Virus record (IMG/VR): IMGVR_UViG_3300036770_002724
Coordinates: 32,001-96,000 of that record
Direction: 5' to 3' (one strand)
Source: a virus
DNA: 64,000 nucleotides
Below are positions 9,701 to 18,138 of the stretch, piece after piece. The first letter of the stretch is position 1; each line of letters starts with the position of its first letter. The notes below the pieces were generated by a model. It was not told the DNA's origin and did no database searches. It saw nothing but the letters and a program-made list of their open reading frames with translations. The position numbers and the translations under genes are program-made.

Positions 9701-10771
9701 GAGCCTTCCCTGCTGGGTAAGCGACTCGCACAAGCCCTCTTTGCTAAGACCGTTCTGGCCAACCCTCTCCAAGTCGGGAGCCCCCTCAGTGCCGCCCCCT
9801 TGGCTGACGACCAGCTATCCAAGCGACGTGTGGACTCCATGAAGCACTTTGGCCAGATGTCCCCCGCGATTCGCTCGGAGGCCATGAAGAACATCCACCA
9901 GGAGATGACTCAGATCCCGGACGATAAGAGCGAAGCCTCGGAGGCTAAAAAAGCTGACCTCCAAGCTCGCCTCGTTGGACTCACCCTTGCCGCTGCCATG
10001 AAAGATGAACCTTGCTCGGCCAAGGTCGAGGGCGAATGGGGAGAAGAGGACAAAGAGCTACACCCCCCTATCCCTCCAGCTACCGTGAAGCTGTTGAAAG
10101 CCTTGGACAAGCAGGGTCAGTCTAGCTTGGTTCTTGATGCCGTCTCCGCGCGCGGGACTCCGAAAGGTCGTGAAGCCTTCGTGAAGGCGCTGGAGTCTAT
10201 GGGGGAGGATGGACTCCTCAGTTTTGCCAAGAGCGTGGATGCCTTTTCGGACATGGTGGATGTCCTGGAAGACTCCGATACGACCTCTCTGGTTCGCCTA
10301 AAGACCCAAGCGGTCCTCCAGGATCTCATCGTCAACCACTTGATGTTCGGAGACATGTTCACCCAAGACGCTCTCGACGAGTCCGATGAGCGCCGTCCCA
10401 AGAAACGTAAGCAGAAGTCTGACAAGATGAAGTCTGAGCCGAGCCCAAGGACCTTGAGGAAGATCAAGGATCTAAACAGTTGCATCAGGGACAAGGGCTT
10501 CACCAGCGAATGTGAGGTTCTTTCTCTGGATGTCGAAAAGACCGCCCTTGATGATCTTTTCAAGGACATTCTGCGTGACATCGGCAAGATCCCCAAAGGC
10601 AGTGAGGCCAGGGCTCAGATGGAAGCGTTCCAGCAGGAAGAGAACGTGGAGGACGCCCAAAAAATCTTGAAGACGCTGTTCGTACAGACGGGCGACCTCC
10701 CGTCTGGGGCACGGTCTCAGCCCACTAGAACCGCAGGACTAGAAGAACTGTGGGGCGATTATCTCCAATAA
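6734..10771 (+). CDS. Multidomain protein: ADP-ribosyltransferase-like domain + type IB DNA topoisomerase + class II nucleotidyltransferase-like domain + two short repeats + helical C-terminus
   Basis: Start reassigned to ATG 6734. ART-like R-S-E pattern (IMYRR, MSLTT, HEKEVIL); TopIB pentad ERVGN (R), VGKSG (K), KDLRGYHAN (R), VGHE (H), RSQYL (Y at 7844-7846); LWLKGGAAR..RDFDF..SRDFGVNE; two PGDVW..TPGRWL..N.E...SF repeats. Confidence 0.8.
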   Translation: MSIWLEAALDELHGPLSDWVHYGRSGSKRELFEAYDGLAPQAKMALAGAVRKAFGGSSKAIMYRRLKSSGEASRMGGMSLTTALPGYVEAEAFEVEADDVLVHHGVPGTPLSSKAFGHEKEVILKPTANPKSLGPVPANRTAARYKDKKQVPKADGKGKTTVYEYSDRQVALRNREKAKQVEKIRRSIGDLREQVRKDLKSKDEHTRNVALAVGLLDKTYERVGNEDSAKDGHVGVTGWKVKHLTVGKDKITIKYVGKSGVKHEKVVDNAASVAAIKKAIEGKKDDDLICGCSAEDVNEYLEPFDITAKDLRGYHANTEMQTRLKRIRSENGALPKNREERKETLKEEFDQALEETAEAVGHEPSTLRSQYLVPGLEDEFMKDGEVSQTLDKRGSSVKVALREGSGLSRIAGRIRTVPTPDSLVPSSVRSFFNRNQAVFDRYPDLWLKGGAARGTFVSWAFLKLFGARAEPKEARDFDFVTFSQEGPWEVEGESVEFASSVSAYMGSRDFGVNEVLLRPDRMVFSDKAWRDVLRLEISPRSVIEEDRYGRTGLRALLFVLELGFSPGKFIAEEIKKADTWNLLLHLFKAYEKGIEDDYFLYIKKSGGVLTERIATVDDWLIELVGATPHFSLRPYHKAILDKAKEMSNLGKDPFDSIPRSASESLLQHWFASSFDRVATKTEGEKENEEVERLVKPAPKTKPPRQDLRRNRMKVEDEDVERPSAESDRDLSLNYKKVAAELTARWYGVIPPRPKPPKPPPLPPRDPIPGWNPVTLDLAQKKSRKPGDVWRSKTPGRWLAMNSEETVHSFEDRSKAESFSQNGKRASNAEWLALRFADAPLNPTDHRPGDVWESERTPGRWLGKNPEGVSKSFDTKEEAQSFAKSEATSESEAPEDGDLQTKDTTPQEPPPPPSPEESISQMVKSLSNLEDEQIQSTLESFSDAERAKIAETFAQESETLRRAFEDGTLLGSDKDLKEVSEAFENPSSSVEPSLLGKRLAQALFAKTVLANPLQVGSPLSAAPLADDQLSKRRVDSMKHFGQMSPAIRSEAMKNIHQEMTQIPDDKSEASEAKKADLQARLVGLTLAAAMKDEPCSAKVEGEWGEEDKELHPPIPPATVKLLKALDKQGQSSLVLDAVSARGTPKGREAFVKALESMGEDGLLSFAKSVDAFSDMVDVLEDSDTTSLVRLKTQAVLQDLIVNHLMFGDMFTQDALDESDERRPKKRKQKSDKMKSEPSPRTLRKIKDLNSCIRDKGFTSECEVLSLDVEKTALDDLFKDILRDIGKIPKGSEARAQMEAFQQEENVEDAQKILKTLFVQTGDLPSGARSQPTRTAGLEELWGDYLQ

Positions 10772-10904
10772 AATGAGGGCTTGGGGGCGGGTACGATGGG
10801 CGTACTTGGTTTCCCGGTTTTCAATCTATACCAAGGGCGTACTAGCAGAGGATGCCTTTGCGCCTTCGGGTCGCAGTCCTCGGCCCAGCCCTAAAAAGGA
10901 GTCG

Positions 10905-11876
10905 ATGATGAGCAAGCTGACCAAGAAAGGCGCGCAGGCCGTGACGGCGGACCTTGATCGCCTCGCCAATCTGTTCCAGACGAACCACAAGGTGCTCGGT
11001 GTCCCCGCGCGTATCGCGACGGATTTCGCCTACCGGCTCGATCTTCTGTCGGACACCATCGAAAAGAAGGCGGGACTTCGTCGTACCGCCCTGACCGGCG
11101 ATGATGTTTTTCAGGAGTCGGGTTTCGATCCCGAGGCTATCGGGATGGAGCAGGACGGCCCCCTTGAGACCGTGGACTCGGACGAGCCCTGGATGGCGGG
11201 CGAGTTCACCGCCCAAGAGAACCGGGAGCTTCGCGAGCTTCAGCAGGCGGGAGCCCTTGGCCCCGAGGTCGTGGACGGTCCCCGTGCTCCGACTCCGGGG
11301 AAGCAGGCGGCGCTCGCTCGTCTGGATGCTGCCAACCGAAATCTTCTTCGCCTCGCGAAGACCTCGCCCCGTCTCGCCGGGGGTCTGACCCGTCTCGCGG
11401 CTCAGGTTCTCAATGTCAAGGCTGGCTACCTTGAGGGCCAGGTCTCGATGGGCCACGTCGCCAAGACCGTGAAGGCGGCGAAGCTCGCCGCCGAGCAGGT
11501 CGAGAAGTCTGAGGAGAAGGAAGCCGAGGAGAAGGAGCCGGGCGAGGAGAAGAAGGTCGCCAAGCTCGTCGCGATGGCTCACCGGATCGCTTCCAACACG
11601 CGCAAGGTTGCGAGGGTCGCGGATGCGTACATGCTCCTAGATTTCATGCAGAATTCTTGGGAGCACTACGAGTCCGTGTCTGAAGCGGTTCCACAAATCG
11701 TCAAACTTGGTTTCCCGTCTACCTTCGCCAAGGCTTTTCTCCAAGCGTGGGTGAAGAACCGTATTGGTTTGGTGCCGTTCAGGCAACGGACGAAAGCGGG
11801 AGCCAAGTTCATCGCAGATATGGCTTCGGAGCACGGGGTTCCCATCGATCCGGACTTCATCGTAGAGTGGGGCTGA
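10905..11876 (+). CDS. Putative internal head / scaffold-associated protein
   Basis: SD AAGGAG before ATGATG 10905/10908; acidic and Ala-rich with RRTA, KQAA and RIAS..KVARVA motifs. Confidence 0.5.
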   Translation: MMSKLTKKGAQAVTADLDRLANLFQTNHKVLGVPARIATDFAYRLDLLSDTIEKKAGLRRTALTGDDVFQESGFDPEAIGMEQDGPLETVDSDEPWMAGEFTAQENRELRELQQAGALGPEVVDGPRAPTPGKQAALARLDAANRNLLRLAKTSPRLAGGLTRLAAQVLNVKAGYLEGQVSMGHVAKTVKAAKLAAEQVEKSEEKEAEEKEPGEEKKVAKLVAMAHRIASNTRKVARVADAYMLLDFMQNSWEHYESVSEAVPQIVKLGFPSTFAKAFLQAWVKNRIGLVPFRQRTKAGAKFIADMASEHGVPIDPDFIVEWG

Positions 11877-11932
11877 GACGGGGCGGTTACAACCTGTCCG
11901 CTTGAACGTATGAACTTCGGCTGGGAGCCGCC

Positions 11933-12529
11933 ATGACCAAGCGTCTGTCGCGAAAAGTTGCCGTGGTGAACTACCAGAACCGGGCAAAGGATTTTGCCAT
12001 CGGTGACATGGTTTATCCTTACACCCAAGTCGGGGCTGGGATGAACCCCACGGCGTATTCGGGGCGTATCGTTGCCGTCTGGCCCGCTATCGGGATGGTG
12101 GACGTGGAGTTTCCCACGGGTAACACCCGGTTCCCGGTCGAAGAGCTACAAAAGACCCATTCCCAGGATGCTGTTCCGCCGAAGCCGACGGCGGATACTG
12201 TTCCGGGAGGGGCGGGTTCGGAGCCTGTCTCAGCGGGTCCGAAGGATGCGGATCCTGGTCAGAAGACCGCTTCTCGGATTGCATCTCGGGTGGCTCAGGC
12301 TTACGTCAAGAGGGCTCTCTACTGGGGGGCCTCTGACCGGCACTACCGGGCCACTCGGTCGGAGCTTGATCAGAACAGCTTTTGCTGTCCTCGATGTGAC
12401 AAGGAAAGCCTACTCCAAAAGGCTGTCTACAAGCGGGAGGATGGTCAGAGTGTCCGTCTCCTCGCCTGCAAGAAATGCCTGTTCCTGATCAAGCCCGACC
12501 AGATTCTCAACCACCCGACGGATGAATAG
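11933..12529 (+). CDS. Hypothetical protein with SH3-like N-terminus and C-terminal Zn ribbon
   Basis: FAIGDMVYP..GRIVAVWPAIGMVDVEF; CPRC...CKKC; contains SRIASRVAQAY. Confidence 0.6.
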   Translation: MTKRLSRKVAVVNYQNRAKDFAIGDMVYPYTQVGAGMNPTAYSGRIVAVWPAIGMVDVEFPTGNTRFPVEELQKTHSQDAVPPKPTADTVPGGAGSEPVSAGPKDADPGQKTASRIASRVAQAYVKRALYWGASDRHYRATRSELDQNSFCCPRCDKESLLQKAVYKREDGQSVRLLACKKCLFLIKPDQILNHPTDE

Positions 12530-12538
12530 GGGAGAGGC

Positions 12539-15280
12539 ATGGCTTTCCTGAAGTACGCCAAGGCTGCGGTCGTCACCCCCTTCGTCACCCGGCAGCAGTG
12601 GACGAACGTCCGCGTCGCAGGTGAGTCGGCCAAGGTGGATCTTCCTTCCAACCTCGTCGAGAGGGCTGCTACCCTTTTTGACGAGCCCTTCGACCCCAAG
12701 AAGTACCTTTTGACCCACGCGACCATCGTCGCCTCCGTGGATGTCTTCGCCCCCAAAGGCGTGAAGGTCGGCAAGGTTCAGGAGGACGGCTTTCGGGTCA
12801 ATCGCAAGTACGCCGACTACAGGGTCAAGGCGGACTGCCAGAAGTACATCAACAACAACCGGGACTGTTGGTCCCGTGCTGTTCTTGCCAAATCCTACAA
12901 GACCTTCGTGGGGAGCCACAACTTCGTCGAGCACGTCCAGATTGAGGACTTGTCGAAGGGTCGTATCATCGACGCGGTGGCCCGGGACATCGGGGAGTCG
13001 ATTTACGTCGACATCTTGATTGCGACCGACCGTAAGCACAAGGATCTCGTCGAGGCCATCCAGTCGGGCAAGATGGGAACCCTGTCGATGGGCTGTTTCC
13101 TTCCTGGGACTCAGGTCACAATGGCGGACGGACGCCGTATTGCCATTGAGGATGTGCAGCCTGGCGATATGGTTTTGACCCACAAAGGTCGTTCGCGTGA
13201 GGTTCTGAATAAGCAGATCCGAGGCGGCAAGTGGGACATGCGGACGATCCACGCTGTCGGGCTGGCCTCCCCCATCACGTCCACCGGAAACCACCCCTAC
13301 TACGTCCTGCGCCCAGCCGAGGTTTGCGCTTGCGGGTGCGGTGAGGCGTTGCCCGTTTATGCCCCGGCGGTGAAGAAGCCGACAACCCGTAGCCTGACTC
13401 GACGGTTCAAGGTTGGGCACGACAAGCGCATCCTGAATCCAAACAACACCTACTCGATGGACGAGTTCAAGCGTCGGAAGGCGCAGATGAACGAGATCCA
13501 GAACCCCGATTTGGTGAAGGTTCGGGCTGATGAGCTTCGGGTCGGGGACTTCATCGCCTTTCCACGGGTGAAAGACGGGGAGCACACGGTCCCTGTTTCT
13601 GAGGGCAAGGCTCGCTTGCTGGGATACTTTTTGGCTGAAGGTAGCTTCAACAAGCGGAAGGGTCGTCGGACGACTGTGGTGTTCTCGTTCTCAATGGAGG
13701 AGAAGGACACCCTCGTCGCAGAGGTGGTTCGGCTGTTGGAACAAGAGTTCCCCGGCAAAAACAAGCCGTGGGTGCAAGATCGGGTCAAGCGGAACACCTG
13801 CGTGGTCCACCTGACCAGTCGCAAGGCGGCAGATTGGTTCCACAAGCACGGCGGCGAGTACAGCCACGGCAAGTGCCTGTCTGCTGACGCGATGAACTGG
13901 TCGCAGGAGAACCACAAGCATCTGATCGGAACGTGGCTCAATGGGGACGGTCACCGTGCCAAGGCTCACGGGGGGTTCCTCGTGGGTACCACCGTGTCAT
14001 TGGACCTCGCTAACCAGTTGCACGCCCTGATGGCGAAATGCGGCTGGTTTGCTCGCTTTGAAGCCCGCATTGGATCGAAGTCGATCACGGTAGCAGAGGC
14101 CATCAACGGTGGGGTCGCTGTTCGTGACGAGTCCACAGGACGCCTCCCGGCTTTCTTGTTGACCATCGGGAACACGCAATCGGTCGAGTTGCAAGGCTAC
14201 TGTGCTAAGGCTCCCGCCACGTCGAAGTACGGCAAACAGAACAATCGCGTCTTCGATGACTGGGTGATCAGCCCGATCACGGCTATTGGGGAGAGCACCT
14301 ACGAAGGTTGGGTTCACGATATGGAAGTGGACGAAGACCACACCTATGTCGCAGAGGGGGCTTCGGTTTCAAATTGTACGGTAGACGGTACGATATGTAC
14401 GAAGTGCGGCCACTGGGCTTCGGATGAGACGGAGATGTGCCCCCACGTCAAGTACGAGAAGGGGAATACCTTCTACGACAAGGAAGGTCGGAAGCACATC
14501 GTGGCAGAGCTTTGCGGTCACGAGGATCTGGACCCGACCGGAGGCGTGAAGTTCATCGAAGCCTCTTGGGTGGCGACTCCGGCGTTCACGGGCGCGGTTC
14601 TTAGGAACGTCCTGGAGCCGACCGTGGAGATTTCTCGCAAGGCTCAGAAGGTGCTATCCTCTCCCCCGAATCAGTGGGACGAGAGCGCCCGTAAGAAAGC
14701 GGCTTTCTCGCTTGACCAGAAGTCTCTGGAAGGTCGGGTAGAGGCCCGTCGCCGGGCACGGCTCGCTTCGATTTACGCCCAAGATGATGGGATGTCCGAC
14801 CCCTCTGAGGGGGGTGGTGAAGCTGCGAAGGCGGAGCCTGCGAGCCCCCTGAAGGACATTGAGGACCAGTTGACCCAGACCTTGCTCGACAAGGTGCGGA
14901 AGCGGGTCGAGGACACCATCAAGGATGACACCAAGCCTATGGGTCCGCCCGAGGCTTCGATTGCCACGAACGAAAGTCTCAGCAGGGTCGCTCACATCCC
15001 CGGTATGATCCGGGTTTACGAGCAAGGTCTACGGAAGCTCGCACGAACGGCCACTACGGATGTTGAGCTTGTGGACCGTATTGCGGATTATCACAAAGGA
15101 ATCGGTCTGGAAGTTCCCGTTTCTGTCTATAGAGCCTGCCTAAAGGTAGGTGCAGTAGGCAACTACGGGTCGCAACAGGAGTTCCTGTCGTCCTGCCGGA
15201 AGGCTCTCGGTCGAAACCCCACGAAGGTGGAAGCGGGAGTCCTCATCCGACTGGGAAAGCTCCTCTCCCACGTTGGGTGA
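12539..15280 (+). CDS. Prohead (capsid maturation) serine protease precursor interrupted by an intein
   Basis: Extein motifs NFVEH, GTLSMG/C and FIEASWVATPAF typical of HK97/herpes-fold prohead proteases; located before scaffold and capsid genes. Confidence 0.85.
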   Translation: MAFLKYAKAAVVTPFVTRQQWTNVRVAGESAKVDLPSNLVERAATLFDEPFDPKKYLLTHATIVASVDVFAPKGVKVGKVQEDGFRVNRKYADYRVKADCQKYINNNRDCWSRAVLAKSYKTFVGSHNFVEHVQIEDLSKGRIIDAVARDIGESIYVDILIATDRKHKDLVEAIQSGKMGTLSMGCFLPGTQVTMADGRRIAIEDVQPGDMVLTHKGRSREVLNKQIRGGKWDMRTIHAVGLASPITSTGNHPYYVLRPAEVCACGCGEALPVYAPAVKKPTTRSLTRRFKVGHDKRILNPNNTYSMDEFKRRKAQMNEIQNPDLVKVRADELRVGDFIAFPRVKDGEHTVPVSEGKARLLGYFLAEGSFNKRKGRRTTVVFSFSMEEKDTLVAEVVRLLEQEFPGKNKPWVQDRVKRNTCVVHLTSRKAADWFHKHGGEYSHGKCLSADAMNWSQENHKHLIGTWLNGDGHRAKAHGGFLVGTTVSLDLANQLHALMAKCGWFARFEARIGSKSITVAEAINGGVAVRDESTGRLPAFLLTIGNTQSVELQGYCAKAPATSKYGKQNNRVFDDWVISPITAIGESTYEGWVHDMEVDEDHTYVAEGASVSNCTVDGTICTKCGHWASDETEMCPHVKYEKGNTFYDKEGRKHIVAELCGHEDLDPTGGVKFIEASWVATPAFTGAVLRNVLEPTVEISRKAQKVLSSPPNQWDESARKKAAFSLDQKSLEGRVEARRRARLASIYAQDDGMSDPSEGGGEAAKAEPASPLKDIEDQLTQTLLDKVRKRVEDTIKDDTKPMGPPEASIATNESLSRVAHIPGMIRVYEQGLRKLARTATTDVELVDRIADYHKGIGLEVPVSVYRACLKVGAVGNYGSQQEFLSSCRKALGRNPTKVEAGVLIRLGKLLSHVG
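13094..14374 (+). mobile_element. Intein (427 aa) with LAGLIDADG homing endonuclease
   Basis: Block A CFLPGTQVTMADG, block B ITSTGNHPYY, LLGYFLAEGS and LIGTWLNGDG, block F/G VHDMEVDEDHTYVAEGASVSN followed by Cys+1. Confidence 0.95.
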
Positions 15281-15328
15281 GGGCGAATGGAACGCAACGC
15301 AGTCGCCATTCATGCAAAGGAGAATCAA

Positions 15329-17203
15329 ATGAGCATCAGGAAGCGCATGACTTGGGCGGGTCGCAAGGCGTCGAACCCTCCCGCTATGCCTGGCTACGGA
15401 ACCGAGGATCAGGATCACCCGGCGCACTACCCGGACCCTGCCGCTGACCTCTACGAGAACGGTGACACGGACTCGTGGGCGGAGACCCCGAAGCCCCCGC
15501 CCTACCCGCAGGGCAATCCCCCGGCGATGCCGGGTTACGACACTGAGGATCAGGATCACCCGGCTTATGTCCAGCAGCCGCGCGTTCCGAAGTCGGCGGC
15601 TCTTCGCGCCCGTATTGAGCGCAAGGCGGCGAAGTGCGCTCGCATCGCGCAGTCGATGCTCGGCCCCCAAGCCCCGATGGCGATGGTCGAGGACCAGTCG
15701 CTCGCCCTCATGGATCTCCCTGACTCGGAGATTGACGCGACCCTCGCTCGGATGAGCGGTGGGATGCTCATGGCCGAGGAGCACGAGGGTGGCGATGAAG
15801 AGGCCATGCTCGCGGAGATGATGGCTGAAGAGGGTGTTGAGGCCGAGGAGCACGAGGGTGGTGACGAAGAGGCCATGCTCGCGGAGATGATGGAAGAGGC
15901 CGGAGACGAGATGCTCGCGGGTCGTACTTGGGGCAACCCTTTCCCTCGTCGGACGCCCGATGACAACGTCCCTTATAACAAGCATCCCGGTTCGCCGCCC
16001 GCAGGGGCGAATGGTTCTCCGGAGCGGAAGAAGTACAACCAGTGGTTCCGTGAGAACGTCTGCCCGGATCACAAGACGAACTGCGGTATGCCGAAGAAGA
16101 AGACCGCTGAAGATGCCATGCTCGCTCAGATGATGATCGAGGAAGGCATGATGGCGGGCGATGAGGAAGGCATGGAGGCCGGAGACGACGGTCTCATGGC
16201 GTCCATGCTCGCGGAGATTGAGGCTCTTCAGGCTGAGAACCAGGCTCTCAAGGCGGGCAGGCGGGCCAATCAGAATGACCCCAAGGGTCCGACCCTTGGT
16301 GCCAAGTCCAAGTCGGTTGAACAGGCCGAGGCCGAGGCTATGGCCTTGGCCGATGAAGAGTTCAAGACCGCCGAGGACGAGTTGGACGCCGAAGAGGAGT
16401 CCATGCTCGCGGAGATGGTGAAGCAGGAGGCCAAGAAGGCTGCTCTTCGCCGTCGCGCCAAGAAGTCCGAGGAGGTCGAGTCCGAGGAGGTCGAGTCCGA
16501 GGACGAGGTCGAGGCCGAGGAGGAGGCCCCCAAGGCTTCCAAGAAGAAGGCCAAGAAGTCCGAGGAGGTCGAGTCCGAGGACGAGCATGAGGCCGAGGAC
16601 GAGGAGGCCCCCAAGGCTTCCAAGAAGAAGGCCAAGTCCTCGATGGGTTGTGGTGACTCTCCGGGCGCGATGTTCGCTATCGACGAGGAGGCCAACGACC
16701 CGATGGGTCTGATGGGCGAGGCCGAGATCCACGAGGGAGATGAGATGCTCCTGGCTGAAATCTTCGGCAAGAAGGCAGCCGAGGATGAGGTCGAGGCCGA
16801 GGACGAGGAGGCCCCCAAGGCTTCCAAGAAGAAGGCCAAGAAGTCCGAGGATGAGGTCGAGGCTGAAGAGGAAGAGGCGTCCGAGGAGGAAGTCGCTTCC
16901 AAGAAGGCGGCTCTCCGTGCGGCCCTCCTGCGTCGGGCAAAGGCCAAGAAGTCCGAGGATGAGGTCGAGGCCGAGGATGAGGTCGAGGCCGAGGATGAGG
17001 TCGAGGCCGAAGAGGCCAAGAAGGAGGCTCGCCGCCTAGCGGCGCGTCGCCAAGAGGCTCTCCGCCCGCAGCCCCGTAAGCCGAATCACGGGATCAAGAC
17101 CATTGGCGGGATGTCGCGTTCTGCCGGTTCGCGGAGCGAGGTCGGTGACCTGGAGAATCTCTGGGAGACCGCCCCGGACGTGAGCGCCGTCTTCGGCAAG
17201 TGA
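15329..17203 (+). CDS. Scaffolding / head-core-like protein with acidic and Lys-Ala repeats
   Basis: SD AAGGAGA before ATG 15329; repeats NPPAMPGYxTEDQDHPA x2, EEHEGGDEEAMLAEMM x2, KKAKKSEDEVEAE(D/E)E many times; between protease and capsid genes. Confidence 0.75.
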   Translation: MSIRKRMTWAGRKASNPPAMPGYGTEDQDHPAHYPDPAADLYENGDTDSWAETPKPPPYPQGNPPAMPGYDTEDQDHPAYVQQPRVPKSAALRARIERKAAKCARIAQSMLGPQAPMAMVEDQSLALMDLPDSEIDATLARMSGGMLMAEEHEGGDEEAMLAEMMAEEGVEAEEHEGGDEEAMLAEMMEEAGDEMLAGRTWGNPFPRRTPDDNVPYNKHPGSPPAGANGSPERKKYNQWFRENVCPDHKTNCGMPKKKTAEDAMLAQMMIEEGMMAGDEEGMEAGDDGLMASMLAEIEALQAENQALKAGRRANQNDPKGPTLGAKSKSVEQAEAEAMALADEEFKTAEDELDAEEESMLAEMVKQEAKKAALRRRAKKSEEVESEEVESEDEVEAEEEAPKASKKKAKKSEEVESEDEHEAEDEEAPKASKKKAKSSMGCGDSPGAMFAIDEEANDPMGLMGEAEIHEGDEMLLAEIFGKKAAEDEVEAEDEEAPKASKKKAKKSEDEVEAEEEEASEEEVASKKAALRAALLRRAKAKKSEDEVEAEDEVEAEDEVEAEEAKKEARRLAARRQEALRPQPRKPNHGIKTIGGMSRSAGSRSEVGDLENLWETAPDVSAVFGK

Positions 17204-17221
17204 TCCGCTAGTCGGACCACT

Positions 17222-17268
17222 AAAAGCCCCTTGGACCTGATTTCTAGGTCCAAGGGGCTTTTTCTTTT
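17222..17268. terminator. Intrinsic terminator, possibly bidirectional
   Basis: Perfect 17-bp stem AAAAGCCCCTTGGACCT / AGGTCCAAGGGGCTTTT, 7-nt loop, followed by TCTTTT. Confidence 0.85.
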
Positions 17269-17430
17269 CCCTCTGACCCCCACCTTCGTTTTTCGTTCGA
17301 TACCGAGGACGTAGTGTTAGGCGAACCACGGAAACGTGTTTCGTCGAGCGAGGTCTTCTCTCCATGTCGGGGGGTATGGCCATAAACGAATCCACTTTCC
17401 TGTAAACAGGGAGCAACTCAGGAGGCGTAT

Positions 17431-18120
17431 ATGCCGTTGCTTGGACAGGCCAGTGGTGGTTGGACGGAGTCTTCGTCGGCTCTGCGACTGCTTCACGTCG
17501 GTATTCGCAATACCGTGGGCATCGTGACCGACGATAGCTTCACTCAGACCAACCCCCCGGCGATCACGACCGCTGCGACCATCTCGACCCGGATCAACCA
17601 GCGCAAGTTTGGTGTGCTCTCGGGCTCGGTGGCTTTCACCCGGGCGGATGCGGGTAGCAACTTCATCGGTGGTCCCGGCCTTGCCGCGACCCAGGTGGCG
17701 ATTGCTGCTAACAACGTCTGGTTCACTGGCTACCGGGCGCTGGGTTGCTTCATCAACTCGGCTACCGGCAACCCGTATGAGAACCTTCCGGCTCAGGCGT
17801 CGGGCAAGTGCCCTTATGTCTCGGCCCAAGGGACTTACGGCAACCGGACCTACGAGACCCAGGCCATCGCTTCGACCGGCGCTATCACGGCGGGCGACGC
17901 GCTGACCTACACCACGGGTCAGCCGCTCCTCGCCTCGCGCAACGGCTACATCCAGCCTGCGGCGATGGTGTTCGGCGGCGTCCTCGTGGACTTCAACGTC
18001 GTTGTGACCTCGGCGGAGTGCTTTGCGCGTACCGCCGCTGGCGTCGCGACCATCCTCGGCGTCGTGAAGATGCCGCCGGATGCAGTGCAGACCGAAGTCG
18101 TTTACGACCAGCGGATCTGA
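17431..18120 (+). CDS. Putative head decoration / capsid cement protein
   Basis: SD AGGAGG; 229 aa small-residue-rich beta protein directly upstream of major capsid gene. Confidence 0.6.
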   Translation: MPLLGQASGGWTESSSALRLLHVGIRNTVGIVTDDSFTQTNPPAITTAATISTRINQRKFGVLSGSVAFTRADAGSNFIGGPGLAATQVAIAANNVWFTGYRALGCFINSATGNPYENLPAQASGKCPYVSAQGTYGNRTYETQAIASTGAITAGDALTYTTGQPLLASRNGYIQPAAMVFGGVLVDFNVVVTSAECFARTAAGVATILGVVKMPPDAVQTEVVYDQRI

Positions 18121-18138
18121 GAAAGGAGATGGTTCGTC

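Noticed and set aside
15140-16732. Long minus-strand ORFs (530 aa here; also 3597-4511, 12410-13585, 57103-58611 and many others)
   Set aside because: They are antisense shadows of well-supported plus-strand genes; strong GC3 bias suppresses stops on the opposite strand and the translations have no recognisable motifs.
16440-17030. Regularly repeated DNA resembling a CRISPR array
   Set aside because: Repeats are in-frame coding repeats of the scaffold, with no unique spacers and no cas genes.
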